A stretch of DNA of 64,000 nucleotides from the NCBI GenBank assembly GCA_005776585.1, contig SXOX01000044.1:22418-86417 (forward strand). The letters are read 5' to 3'. The first letter of the stretch is position 1, and every line of letters starts with the position of its first letter. Shown here one piece after another: positions 27,664 to 36,863 of this stretch. The notes under the pieces were generated by a model. The model worked only from the letters and a program-made list of their open reading frames with translations. It made no database searches and was not told the origin of the DNA. Origin of the DNA: Pseudomonadota bacterium (GTDB lineage Bacteria; Myxococcota_A; UBA9042; GCA-2863065). The position numbers and the translations under genes were made by a program.

Positions 27664-30219
27664 ATGAGCGTGAGTCGACATGGTGGATGGATGGTGGTGC
27701 TGGTCACGCTGAGCCAAGCCTGCGTGACCGGAGGCGGCGGCGGCAAGAAGGCCGCCGCGACGACGGGCAGCGGTGGCGCGGACTCGAACATCAGCTTCGG
27801 GACGAGTGATGGCGGCGGCACCGGGGTCAGCACGGACGCGACGGGTGGCGGAACCGCCGACGGGAGCACCGGTGGAGCCACGGGCGGAGGCGCGTGTCAG
27901 CCCGGCAAGAGCACGTGCGAGGGCAACAACAAGGTCCAGTGCACGCCCGCGGGCCAGTGGGGGGCGCCCGAGCCCTGCCCGGCCGGCACGGTCTGTGACT
28001 CGGGCGTCTGCCACGCCTGTCAGTCGGGCCAGCGCATCTGCCAGGGCCTCGACGTGCTCGAGTGCGGCGGCGACGGCCAGCTCAACAAGATCACGACCTG
28101 TCCGAGCGATCAGTTCTGCGTCAAGGGGCTCTGCGTCGCCTGCTCGCCGGGAACCAAGGAGTGTCGGGTGGGTGGCAACAACCTGTTCGAGACGTGGGAG
28201 TGCAAGGCCATCTCCGCCGAAGCTGCCGAGTGGCAGAAGACCGCGACCTGCCCCGATACGGCCGACTGCCAGCTCGGCATCTGTGTCGAGCCGTGCTCGT
28301 CGGACTTCAAGCTCAATACCAACCAAGGCTGTGACTACTACGCGGTGGATCTGGAGAACTCGACTCAGGAGGCTTTCAAGGACGGCCCGAGCGCCGCGAA
28401 CGCCCAATTCGCGGTCATCGTCTCGAATCCGTCGGCCAGCAAGGATCTCACGGTCACCGTGCACGAGACGTTCAAGGGGCCGGCCATCGTTACCAAGACG
28501 CTCAAGCCCAAGGGGCTCGAGATCATCAAGCTCGGGCCACGGAACGTGACTGGGACCGTCAAGGACTTCCTGGCGTGGCGGCTCAAGGGGGACAAGCCCT
28601 TCGTGGCCTATCAGTTCAATCCTCTGGACAACGTGAACCCGGTGTACTCGAACGACGCGACCATCCTCTTGCCCACCAACGCCGTCAACAAGGACTACCT
28701 CGTGATGACGGGCACGGGGGGCGGCGCGTTCCTCACGGTCGTTGGGACCAAGGCCGGGACGGAGGTCACCGTCACGGTTACCGCGACGACCGACGCCGGT
28801 GAGGGCATTCCAGAGTTGCTGCCAGGCGAGCACTTCCAAACGACGCTCGACGCAGGTCAGCTGCTGAACCTCCGCGCGACGCAGAAGCCAGGCCAGGGCG
28901 AGACGCTCACCGGCAGCCGGGTCGAGGCCTCCGCCAACGTCATGGTCTTTGCCGGCAACGTCGCCACCAGCACGGGCGAGCGCTGCTGCGCCGACCACCT
29001 CGAGATGCAGATGTTCCCGACGAGCACTTGGGGCACGACCTATGTCGCTGGCAAGTTCCAGCCCCGCGGTGTCGAGTCGGACCACTGGCGCATCCTGGCA
29101 GCGGAAGACGGCACGGAGGTCTCGTTCTCGGGCGGGGTCTCGAACCCCGTCACCTTGAACCGGGGCCAGTCCAAGGACATCGCCACGACCGCCGATTTCG
29201 TGATCACGGCCACCAAGCCCATCCTGGTGGGGCAATTCATGGCGTCCTCCTATGAGACGCTGCCGGAGGGAACGTTCTGCAAGACGAGCGCAGACTGCTC
29301 GAGCGGCGCGTGCTCTTCTGAGGATGGCAACGGCGAGTGCCTGGACACGTGTGACCCGGCACAGGCGGGCTGCCTCGCGCACGAGGCCTGCATCGACAAC
29401 AGCTACTTCTCCGACCAGGCCCCCAAGTCGGGCGGCTCCTGCTTCGGCCGCTTCTGCGGGGCCGGCTTCAAGGCGTGCGGCGCGACCGCCACGTGCGTGG
29501 TCCAGTCCGAGCCGCCAGGGATTTGCTACCAGACCTGCACCGGGGGCGGGATCGGCGCGTGCGGCAGCCAGGGCGAGTGCATCGAGGGCACGACCTTTGG
29601 CGACCTGTGCGTCCGCAAGGACTGCGCCTCGGCGGGCGACTGCGGAACGGGCTACTACTGCCTCCCGCCCGCGCCCGACAAGCCGACCGATCCCGGCCAG
29701 TGCGTCAAGAAGTGCACGCCATCGAACAATTGCCCCAAGTCCGGCTCCAAGTGCCTGCCCCCTGGGCTCGCCGCCAACGAGGCGATCAAGTCCGGTCTCT
29801 GTATCCCGCCGGAGTGTACGTCGGACGCTGACTGTGACTCCGGCCGCGCCTGCTACATCCCGCCAGGTGATCAGGCCGGCTACTGCACCGTCATTGGCGA
29901 TCCCACGTTCAGCTTGGCGGTCCCGGTCGAACAGTGGCGCAAGGACTACGTCTTCCTCACGCCCATCGCCTACTCGGTCAACTACATCAACGTCCTCGCG
30001 CCGACCTCCGCGTTCGTGCAGCTCGACGGCAAGGACGTGCCCGCTGCGAGCTTCAAGAACGTCGAGGGGACAAAGTACATGGTTGCGCGAGTGCCTGTGA
30101 AGGACGGAACGCACACGATCGCTGCCACCGAGGCCGTCAGCGTGATTGTGTACGGCTATCACAAGGACGTGTCCTACGGCTATCCGGCCGGGCTGAACCT
30201 CACCGAGCTCAAGAAGTAG
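27664..30219 (+). CDS. Cysteine-rich secreted lipoprotein (hypothetical)
   Basis: ATG at 27664 with GGGAG ~9 nt upstream. Lipobox MSVSRHGGWMVVLVTLSQAC, then a Gly/Thr linker. Two Cys-rich regions with ~60 Cys in total flank a beta-rich central domain. The antisense 894-aa ORF 27478-30162 was rejected. Confidence 0.7.
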   Translation: MSVSRHGGWMVVLVTLSQACVTGGGGGKKAAATTGSGGADSNISFGTSDGGGTGVSTDATGGGTADGSTGGATGGGACQPGKSTCEGNNKVQCTPAGQWGAPEPCPAGTVCDSGVCHACQSGQRICQGLDVLECGGDGQLNKITTCPSDQFCVKGLCVACSPGTKECRVGGNNLFETWECKAISAEAAEWQKTATCPDTADCQLGICVEPCSSDFKLNTNQGCDYYAVDLENSTQEAFKDGPSAANAQFAVIVSNPSASKDLTVTVHETFKGPAIVTKTLKPKGLEIIKLGPRNVTGTVKDFLAWRLKGDKPFVAYQFNPLDNVNPVYSNDATILLPTNAVNKDYLVMTGTGGGAFLTVVGTKAGTEVTVTVTATTDAGEGIPELLPGEHFQTTLDAGQLLNLRATQKPGQGETLTGSRVEASANVMVFAGNVATSTGERCCADHLEMQMFPTSTWGTTYVAGKFQPRGVESDHWRILAAEDGTEVSFSGGVSNPVTLNRGQSKDIATTADFVITATKPILVGQFMASSYETLPEGTFCKTSADCSSGACSSEDGNGECLDTCDPAQAGCLAHEACIDNSYFSDQAPKSGGSCFGRFCGAGFKACGATATCVVQSEPPGICYQTCTGGGIGACGSQGECIEGTTFGDLCVRKDCASAGDCGTGYYCLPPAPDKPTDPGQCVKKCTPSNNCPKSGSKCLPPGLAANEAIKSGLCIPPECTSDADCDSGRACYIPPGDQAGYCTVIGDPTFSLAVPVEQWRKDYVFLTPIAYSVNYINVLAPTSAFVQLDGKDVPAASFKNVEGTKYMVARVPVKDGTHTIAATEAVSVIVYGYHKDVSYGYPAGLNLTELKK

Positions 30220-30232
30220 CCAGAGTTACTAC

Positions 30233-33166
30233 ATGAGTCGCACGGCCATCATCGAGGCCGCGATCCGCGAGGCCGCCGGTGGGGCCGTGTGGTCGCGAGG
30301 AGTCGCGCTGCTCCGGGCCGCGCGCGTCGCCATCGAGAGCGACGACGGGGACGCCATCAAGCTGCGCGTTGCGGCGCCGGGCACCGTTCTTGCGCCGTCG
30401 GTGACGCTGTTCACCGAGGACGTCGACGAGCCCGACTGGACCTGCTCCTGTAAGCCCCGCGAGGCCGCGTGTGAGCATGCAGTTGCGGCGGTGCTGTGGC
30501 TCGGGCGGGACGCAGTGGGGACGGCGGCCGCTAACGCCACTGTCGCACGAATCATGTACCGCCTCGTGCGCCACAGCGGCGCTCTCGCGCTCGACCGACT
30601 GCGTACCGGCGAGCCTGAGACGCGTCTCATGGGCTCGGTCATCAAGCTCGCGGCCGAGGCTGCGGGCGCGGCGCTCGCCATCACGGAGCTCGACATCGAA
30701 ATCGAGCGGCTCGTGGGCCTCCGGTTCCCCGCCGCGATCGTCGAGCCGTTCACTGGGCGACTGCTGCGGCTCTTGGGGCGCGCCGACGGGTTGACGCTCG
30801 ACGGACGGTCCGTGTCCGTTTCGAACACCGTCGTCGGGTGGCAGACGTTGGTGGAGGACGCGCCGAATGGCGGCTTTCACCTCCGAGTCCGGCCGGATCC
30901 CTCCATCTCGGAGGTCTTCACGGGCGGTCTCGCGCTGTGCGGGGACGTCCTGCGACCCCGCAGCGATGCGAGCCTGGGCTCCCGAGAGCAGGATCTCCGC
31001 TCTCGGGACGGACGCACGCTACCCCGCGACGCCGTCGCCGAGCTCGTGACCGAGCTGCTGCCTAGCCTGCGCGAGCGGATGCCCGTCGTCGTGCGGTCGA
31101 CCCGACTGCCGCGTACCGAGCGCCTGGACCCGGCGCTCGACCTGCGAGTCCGCACCGTCGGACACGAGCTGGAGGTGCTCGCCACGCTGGTCTACGGCAC
31201 GCCGCCGGTTGCGCGTATCGACGACGGCAGGGTGGTACCGCTCGGGCGCTCCGAGGTCATCCCGCTGCGTGACCGAGACGCAGAGGTCCGGCTCGTCGCG
31301 CGGCTCGGCCGCGAGCTCGACCTGACGTGTGGCCACGTGCGGCGTTATTCCGGGCAAGACGCAGTCGGGATGGCCGCCCGCCTCGAGCGCTTTGGTACGA
31401 GCGGGCCGGCGCTGGCGGACTTTCGCGTGCGCGGCGTGCTCTCGGCGGCTGTCTCGGTCCTCGACGATGGCGTGGCCATCGATTTTCAGCTCGACGGCGA
31501 CATGAGCACGCCACAGCGCGCGGAGAACGCCGCCGTCCTGTCCGCCTGGCGCGAGGGCGCCTCGCTCGTCCCGCTGCTCGATGGTGGCTGGGCGGCGCTG
31601 CCGGCAGACTGGCTCGCCCGCTTCGGAGACGTGCTCGGGACGCTGCTGTCCGCGCGCGATGTGACCGGCGCGGCGCGAGGCCTGCATGCGGCGCGCCTCT
31701 GCCGCGCGCTCGACGTGCCCGTGCCGGTGGCGCTCCGGCCGCTCGAACAGCTGCTCGACGGCTTCGTCGGCCTGCCGGACCCGGTGCTTCCGCCGGACTT
31801 TCGGGCCACGCTGCGGCCCTATCAACATGACGGCGTCCGTTGGCTGGCCTTTGCGCGCGACGCCGGCCTCGGCGTGCTGCTCGCCGACGACATGGGCCTC
31901 GGCAAGACGATTCAGGCCATGGCGGTGCTCCCACGCCGCACTCTGATCGTGGCGCCAACGAGCGTGATGGTGAACTGGGAGGCCGAGCTCGCGCGGTTTC
32001 GGCCCGAGGTCCGCGTCTCGGTCTATCACGGCCCCCGTCGGGTGCTCGAGCCGCAGGCGGACGTCACGCTCACGACCTACGCCCTGCTCCGCCTGGACGC
32101 GGAGGTGCTATCCAGGGCGCGCTGGGAGTGTCTGATCCTCGATGAGGCCCAGGCCATCAAGAACCCGTCGAGCCAGGTCGCGCAGGCAGCCTTCGACGTG
32201 GGCGCCTCGGCGCGCTGGCGGCTCGTGATGACAGGGACGCCGGTCGAGAACCGGCTGGAAGAGCTCTGGAGCGAGCTGCGGTTCTTGAACCCAGGCTGGC
32301 TCGGAACCCGCTCGGAGTTCGACGAGCGCTTTGCCCGGCCGATCGCCTCGGGCGACTCGGGCGCCGCGGCGCGGCTGCGTGACGCCATCCGACCTCTGGT
32401 ACTCCGTCGCAAGAAGCGCGACGTGCTCCAGGACCTGCCGCCGCGCTCGGATCACGTGGTGCCCTGTGTCCTGTCCGACGAGGAGCGCACGACCTACGAC
32501 GCGATGAAGCTGCTGGCCCGAGACGAGGTCCTCTCGCGGCTCGACAGTGTCGACGGTAAGCAGGGCAACATGATTCAAGCGCTCGAGGCGCTGCTCCGGC
32601 TCCGCCAGGCCGCCACCCATCGCGGGCTCCTCCCAGGGCACGGCGACGTCGTCGCCTCCGCGAAGCTCGAGGCGCTACTGACGCTGCTCGAGGAGGCCGT
32701 GGCGGACGGTCACAAGGCGCTGGTGTTCTCGCAATGGACGCGCCTATTGGACCTGGTCGAGCCGGCGTTGCGCGCCTCCGAGCTGGAGTTCACGCGCCTC
32801 GACGGTCAGACGGCAGATAGGGCTGGCGTCGTGGCGCGGTTTCAGTCGGAGGACGGGCCACCCGTCATGCTCCTGTCGCTCAAGGCGGGTGGCGTCGGCA
32901 TCAACCTCACGGCCGCCGATCACGTCATCCTGCTCGATCCGTGGTGGAACCCCGCCGTGGAGGACCAGGCCGCGGACCGCGCGCACCGCATCGGTCAGAC
33001 GCGACCGGTGATGGTGCATCGACTCGTGGCGAAAGACACGGTCGAAGAACGCATCCTCGCGCTCCAAGACGAGAAGCGCGCCTTGGTCGCCGCCGCGCTC
33101 GGTGAGGGCGCCGTGACTGGCGCTCTGGCGCTCACCCGCGACGACCTGCGTGCGCTGTTCGATTAG
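30233..33166 (+). CDS. SNF2-family DEAD/DEAH-box helicase with an N-terminal SWIM zinc finger
   Basis: SWIM motif: DWTCSCKPREAACEHAVAAVLWL (CxC...CxH). SNF2_N: LRPYQHDGVRWLAFARDAGLGVLLADDMGLGKTIQ; DEAQ box LILDEAQAIKNPSSQ. Helicase-C: LVFSQWTRLLD...LLSLKAGGVGINLTAADHVILLDPWWNPAVEDQAADRAHRIGQTRPV. Confidence 0.9.
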   Translation: MSRTAIIEAAIREAAGGAVWSRGVALLRAARVAIESDDGDAIKLRVAAPGTVLAPSVTLFTEDVDEPDWTCSCKPREAACEHAVAAVLWLGRDAVGTAAANATVARIMYRLVRHSGALALDRLRTGEPETRLMGSVIKLAAEAAGAALAITELDIEIERLVGLRFPAAIVEPFTGRLLRLLGRADGLTLDGRSVSVSNTVVGWQTLVEDAPNGGFHLRVRPDPSISEVFTGGLALCGDVLRPRSDASLGSREQDLRSRDGRTLPRDAVAELVTELLPSLRERMPVVVRSTRLPRTERLDPALDLRVRTVGHELEVLATLVYGTPPVARIDDGRVVPLGRSEVIPLRDRDAEVRLVARLGRELDLTCGHVRRYSGQDAVGMAARLERFGTSGPALADFRVRGVLSAAVSVLDDGVAIDFQLDGDMSTPQRAENAAVLSAWREGASLVPLLDGGWAALPADWLARFGDVLGTLLSARDVTGAARGLHAARLCRALDVPVPVALRPLEQLLDGFVGLPDPVLPPDFRATLRPYQHDGVRWLAFARDAGLGVLLADDMGLGKTIQAMAVLPRRTLIVAPTSVMVNWEAELARFRPEVRVSVYHGPRRVLEPQADVTLTTYALLRLDAEVLSRARWECLILDEAQAIKNPSSQVAQAAFDVGASARWRLVMTGTPVENRLEELWSELRFLNPGWLGTRSEFDERFARPIASGDSGAAARLRDAIRPLVLRRKKRDVLQDLPPRSDHVVPCVLSDEERTTYDAMKLLARDEVLSRLDSVDGKQGNMIQALEALLRLRQAATHRGLLPGHGDVVASAKLEALLTLLEEAVADGHKALVFSQWTRLLDLVEPALRASELEFTRLDGQTADRAGVVARFQSEDGPPVMLLSLKAGGVGINLTAADHVILLDPWWNPAVEDQAADRAHRIGQTRPVMVHRLVAKDTVEERILALQDEKRALVAAALGEGAVTGALALTRDDLRALFD

Positions 33167-34482
33167 CCGGCCGGCTCGGTGACGCGCTGGACCGTCGCGA
33201 TGATCTTCTGCACGACGACCGCCATCGACGGCTCGGCCGCGTCCGGGATCTCGGTCTGGACGATGGCGAGGGACTCGGCGAGGCCAATGAACATGCTCGC
33301 CGTCGCGTGGTCCTCACGAAAGCCGGTGTCGACCCAGCTCCAGGGCAGGCCGTTGAAGAACCCGTGACCGACCGGCATGTCGCTGTCCATACGAATGCGG
33401 AGCTTCTCGGCCAGGATGTGCGTCTTGTGGGCTGAGAACGGCCCCTCGTTGGCGAATCGGATGCGCACACGCGGACCGCCCGGCCCAGGCCAGATGACCC
33501 AGCGGTCGTCTTGGGCCGTCACCCACCACTCCGGCGGCGTCCGGAGCGTGAGGGGTCCGACACGGTGCTCCTGCCATTCGGCGACCCGGTCGGACGCGAG
33601 CCCGACGTCGAGGTAGCGAATATCGCCCGGCTCGCCGACGGCAAAGAGCCGCTCCGTGAGGGGCACGCCCTCGGGCACGTCCGCCGCGAAGTCCTCCCAG
33701 CCGACGCCGACCATGCGCGACGCCGCCTCCTTGTCCTTGAGGTCGCAGAAGAGGACCGTGTCCGTTCGCGGCGCCATCGCGAGGATGCGCTTGACGGGAC
33801 CCTCGGCGACCTTGGTGACGGCCGTGGCCATGCGCCGGTGCGCCTCGTTGGCGAGCAGCAGCGCGGGCGCGATGCGATCGCACTGAAACTTGAGGATCCG
33901 GCGGTCGACCGGATCGTCGCCGAACGTCGAGAGTCGGATGCGCGAGAAGACGCCGGGGAGGGTGTCGATCCCAGCGGTAAACGCGCTCTCGAGGTTGAGG
34001 CCCAGGGCCCCGATGTCGCGCGCAAAGACGTGTCTCGGCGCGTCGATGCCCACGAACAGCTCGATGCGCAACCCGGGCAGCCAGGGCTTCGACACCGCCA
34101 GGAGGCTGGGATGTGGCGTGGCCTCGCGGATGAGCGCGTCCTCGATGGGCGCGTCCGGAACGAGCGCCGGGACCAGCTCCGCAACCGCCGACGCATCCAG
34201 CGGAGGAGCGCTGTTGGCCTGAACACGTGAGGCCACGAGCGAGCAGAAGCTGCCGGCGATGCTGCCCCAGTTGCGGCGATCCTCGGCGTAGCACGCCTTC
34301 GTCAGCGCATCGAGGCCGATCTCGCCGTCGAGACCGTCGGTCTCGAGGCGCAGCTTGTCGCCCTTGGCGGAGACCTTGGCGTCCGGGAGGACCTCCCGAA
34401 GATGGTCGCGAACCTTGACCGCAAGCGATCGCTTGAGCTTGTTGAACTCCATGTCGACTCGGGCCACCCTTTCACGCGTCAC
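33163..34482 (-). CDS. Hypothetical protein (no recognisable domain)
   Basis: A 439-aa ORF with diverse composition, convergent with the helicase. GTG start at 34482 or ATG (MEFNKLKRSL) at 34452. Several shorter ORFs in other frames over this region are Arg/Ser-rich and were rejected. Confidence 0.55.
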   Translation of the reverse strand: MTRERVARVDMEFNKLKRSLAVKVRDHLREVLPDAKVSAKGDKLRLETDGLDGEIGLDALTKACYAEDRRNWGSIAGSFCSLVASRVQANSAPPLDASAVAELVPALVPDAPIEDALIREATPHPSLLAVSKPWLPGLRIELFVGIDAPRHVFARDIGALGLNLESAFTAGIDTLPGVFSRIRLSTFGDDPVDRRILKFQCDRIAPALLLANEAHRRMATAVTKVAEGPVKRILAMAPRTDTVLFCDLKDKEAASRMVGVGWEDFAADVPEGVPLTERLFAVGEPGDIRYLDVGLASDRVAEWQEHRVGPLTLRTPPEWWVTAQDDRWVIWPGPGGPRVRIRFANEGPFSAHKTHILAEKLRIRMDSDMPVGHGFFNGLPWSWVDTGFREDHATASMFIGLAESLAIVQTEIPDAAEPSMAVVVQKIIATVQRVTEPAG

Positions 34483-34561
34483 GGCGCCACGGCGGACGGC
34501 ATGGTAGCAAAGGACCTCGGGGAGCGACAGTGGCTCTCTTCACGGAAGAAAGCGAGCGGTG

Positions 34562-35203
34562 ATGGAGCTGGACGTTCGGTTCGTCGACAATCACGTGCTC
34601 GTGGTGCGCAAGCCGCCCGGGATGCCGACCCAGGAAGATGAGAGCCGAGACCTCGATCTCGTGAGCCTCGCCAAGGCGTGGGTCAAGTTGCGCTTCGACA
34701 AGCCCGGCGCCGTGTTCGTCGGATTGGTGCACCGGCTGGACCGTCCGGTCGGCGGCCTCCTCGTGCTCGCTCGGACCTCCAAGGGTGCCGCACGCCTCTC
34801 GGAGCAGCTGCGGGCGCACGGCCTCGAGAAGCGCTACCTCGCGGTCGTTCACGGGCACGTCCCGGGGGACACGCACCGCCTCGACCTCCCGCTCGATGGC
34901 CAGGTCGCGCTGACGGAGGTCTGCGTGCTCGGGCGCGGCACGTCCGCGTGCGGGCCGGTCACCGAGCTCGACGTGCGCATCGTCACAGGTCGCAAGCATC
35001 AGATCCGCCGCCATCTGGCGGGGCTCGGACACCCGATCGTGGGCGACTTCCGCTACGGCTCCAAGACGCCGCTTCCCGGTCGGCGCATCGCGCTCGAGGC
35101 CGTGCTGTTGGTGTTTCGTCACCCGACCAAGGACGAGGTGCTGCGCTTCACCTCCGAGCGACCGGCGGACTTCCCCGAGGTTCAGGGCACCCAGCGCGCG
35201 TAG
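34562..35203 (+). CDS. rluA: RluA-family pseudouridine synthase
   Basis: HRLDRPVGGLLVLA (catalytic Asp motif) and GRKHQIRRHLA motif; ~210 aa. Confidence 0.85.
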   Translation: MELDVRFVDNHVLVVRKPPGMPTQEDESRDLDLVSLAKAWVKLRFDKPGAVFVGLVHRLDRPVGGLLVLARTSKGAARLSEQLRAHGLEKRYLAVVHGHVPGDTHRLDLPLDGQVALTEVCVLGRGTSACGPVTELDVRIVTGRKHQIRRHLAGLGHPIVGDFRYGSKTPLPGRRIALEAVLLVFRHPTKDEVLRFTSERPADFPEVQGTQRA

Positions 35204-36030
35204 ACGCCGGCGGCAAGCACGTCTTCGGAGCGCGCCTGCCGGTGCACCATCTCGCCGTCCACGATGTGTCCGCCGCGCCGTCGGAGGAGCGGCCGGAGGA
35301 GGTTGCGGAGGACCGAGCTCGTCACGCCGGGCGTGTGCGCCGACAGCAGGACGAAGCGTGGCGACGTGGACAGCAGCCCGTCTAAGTCGTCGATGAGCGG
35401 GACGAGGTCCTGCTCGATCTTCCAGACGGAGCCCTGGGGTCCCCGGCCAAACGTCGGAGGATCCAGGATGACCGCGTCGTACCGCGTGCCACGGCGAAGC
35501 TCGCGTCGCACGAACTTTACGGCGTCATCAACAATCCAACGGGCACCCTTGGGGAAGCCGGACTTCTCTGCACAGCGCCGCGCCCAATCGACGACTCCGG
35601 GAGCCGCATCGACATGCGTCACCCGCGCACCGCCGGAGAGCGCGGCCAAAGTCGAGCCGCCCGTGTAGGCGAAGAGGTTCAGGACGCTCGCGCCATCGCC
35701 CGCCGTCTCGCGGATCCAGGGCCACTGCGCCTGCTGCTCGGCGAAGAACCCGACGTGCCCGAACTGCGTCAGCCGCACCTCGAAGGTGAGCTCCTCGATG
35801 CGCACGTCCCACGATTCGGGAACCTTCCGCCGAAAGGTCCATTCTCCGGGCCCTTGGTCGTGCCGATAGTGGGCGGCGTGCACGAGCGGGCCCCAGTCGT
35901 CGATCGCGGGCCGCCAGAAGGCCTGCGCGCACTGACGTGACAGGACGACCGGACCGAGGCGTTCGAGCTTCAGCTCGCGTCCGCTATCGATGACTTCGTA
36001 GTCAGCCGAGCCGGCGGCGACGAGCTCCAC
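35182..36030 (-). CDS. Class I SAM-dependent rRNA methyltransferase, RlmI/RlmK-like catalytic domain
   Basis: VLNLFAYTGGSTLAA (motif I) and AVILDPPTFGRG (motif IV DPP). GTG start at 36030 with AAGGAG 7 nt upstream. Its 3' end overlaps rluA by 22 bp in convergent orientation. Confidence 0.8.
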   Translation of the reverse strand: MELVAAGSADYEVIDSGRELKLERLGPVVLSRQCAQAFWRPAIDDWGPLVHAAHYRHDQGPGEWTFRRKVPESWDVRIEELTFEVRLTQFGHVGFFAEQQAQWPWIRETAGDGASVLNLFAYTGGSTLAALSGGARVTHVDAAPGVVDWARRCAEKSGFPKGARWIVDDAVKFVRRELRRGTRYDAVILDPPTFGRGPQGSVWKIEQDLVPLIDDLDGLLSTSPRFVLLSAHTPGVTSSVLRNLLRPLLRRRGGHIVDGEMVHRQARSEDVLAAGVYARWVP

Positions 36031-36098
36031 GCGTGACTCCTTGGAGACGAGAACGCCCCGGAGGGCAGGCCATCCGGGGCGTCAGGTGCGGATTCCAG

Positions 36099-36174
36099 TG
36101 GTGCTCGGGGACAGAATTGAACTGTCGACACCACGATTTTCAGTCGTGTGCTCTACCAACTGAGCTACCCGAGC
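36099..36174 (-). tRNA. tRNA-Phe (anticodon GAA), 76 nt with encoded CCA
   Basis: The reverse complement GCTCGGGTAGCTCAGTTGGTAGAGCACACGACTGAAAATCGTGGTGTCGACAGTTCAATTCTGTCCCCGAGCACCA folds as a cloverleaf. The acceptor stem GCTCGGG/CCCGAGC is 7 bp, the D-arm is GCTC/GAGC, the anticodon loop is CTGAAAA (GAA at 34-36), and the T-loop is TTCAATT. Confidence 0.92.
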
Positions 36175-36255
36175 AAGTCGGTCCTGTTGGGACGCGCCCA
36201 ACAGCGGCGCGGATGATAGCCACCGCGCGAGGGCTGTCAAGCGTGGCGAGCGAGC

Positions 36256-36720
36256 CTACTTCACTGCGCCGCCGGTCTCTCCCTTGTCTTCGGCCGGCTT
36301 GGGCTCGTCCGTCTTGGGCGGGTCCTTCTTGGGTGCTGCGGCCTTCTCGAACTTGACGACCAGCGTCGCGATGAGCCGGGCCTCCTTGCCCTTGATGCGC
36401 TTGACCTTGAAGAGCTTCTTGTCGGTCGTAAACCGCGCCGTCGCCAGCTCCGGATTGGAGGGGCGGAGCTCGAACTCCCACGGCTTCTCGACGTCGGTCA
36501 CGCGAATGATGAGCTTGAAGCCGTTGTCCGCGAACTCGTGGTCCTCGAACTCCGAGCCCTCATGAAACGGCTTGGCGTAGTCGGTGCCTTTCAGCGTGAC
36601 CCAGATCTCGCCAGGCTGGGCGTCCGCCCACGCGGCGGTCGGCAGTACGGTAGCGGCGATGACACTGGCTGCGAACAAGGCGCCGCCAAGGACTGCGGTC
36701 TTCGAGCTGAGCTGGAACAT
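36256..36720 (-). CDS. Small secreted protein with a Lys/Pro-rich C-terminus
   Basis: ATG at 36720 with AGGAGG 6 nt upstream. Signal peptide MFQLSSKTAVLGGALFAASVIAATVLPTAAWA. The 28-aa upstream extension in the track was rejected. Confidence 0.6.
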   Translation of the reverse strand: MFQLSSKTAVLGGALFAASVIAATVLPTAAWADAQPGEIWVTLKGTDYAKPFHEGSEFEDHEFADNGFKLIIRVTDVEKPWEFELRPSNPELATARFTTDKKLFKVKRIKGKEARLIATLVVKFEKAAAPKKDPPKTDEPKPAEDKGETGGAVK

Positions 36721-36863
36721 GGGTCCTCCTGGTTGTCGGCAGCGCCGCGAGCGCCGCCTTGGGTGAATGATAAACCGGGCTTCCGTGACGGTCGAGCAAA
36801 GCACACCGGCAGGGCTCGGTGAAACAACGGCAGTGGCCCGTCGAAAATTGCGCGCGGCGAGGG

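Noticed and set aside
27478-30162. 894-aa minus-strand ORF opposite the Cys-rich lipoprotein gene
   Set aside because: Arg/Gly/Asp-rich with no signal or motifs. The plus-strand gene has a lipobox, SD and structured Cys pattern.
36099-36174. tRNA-Phe as an integration site for a genomic island
   Set aside because: Flanking genes on both sides (rluA/rlmI and hutI) are housekeeping. No integrase, no direct repeat of the tRNA 3' end, and no compositional shift was visible.
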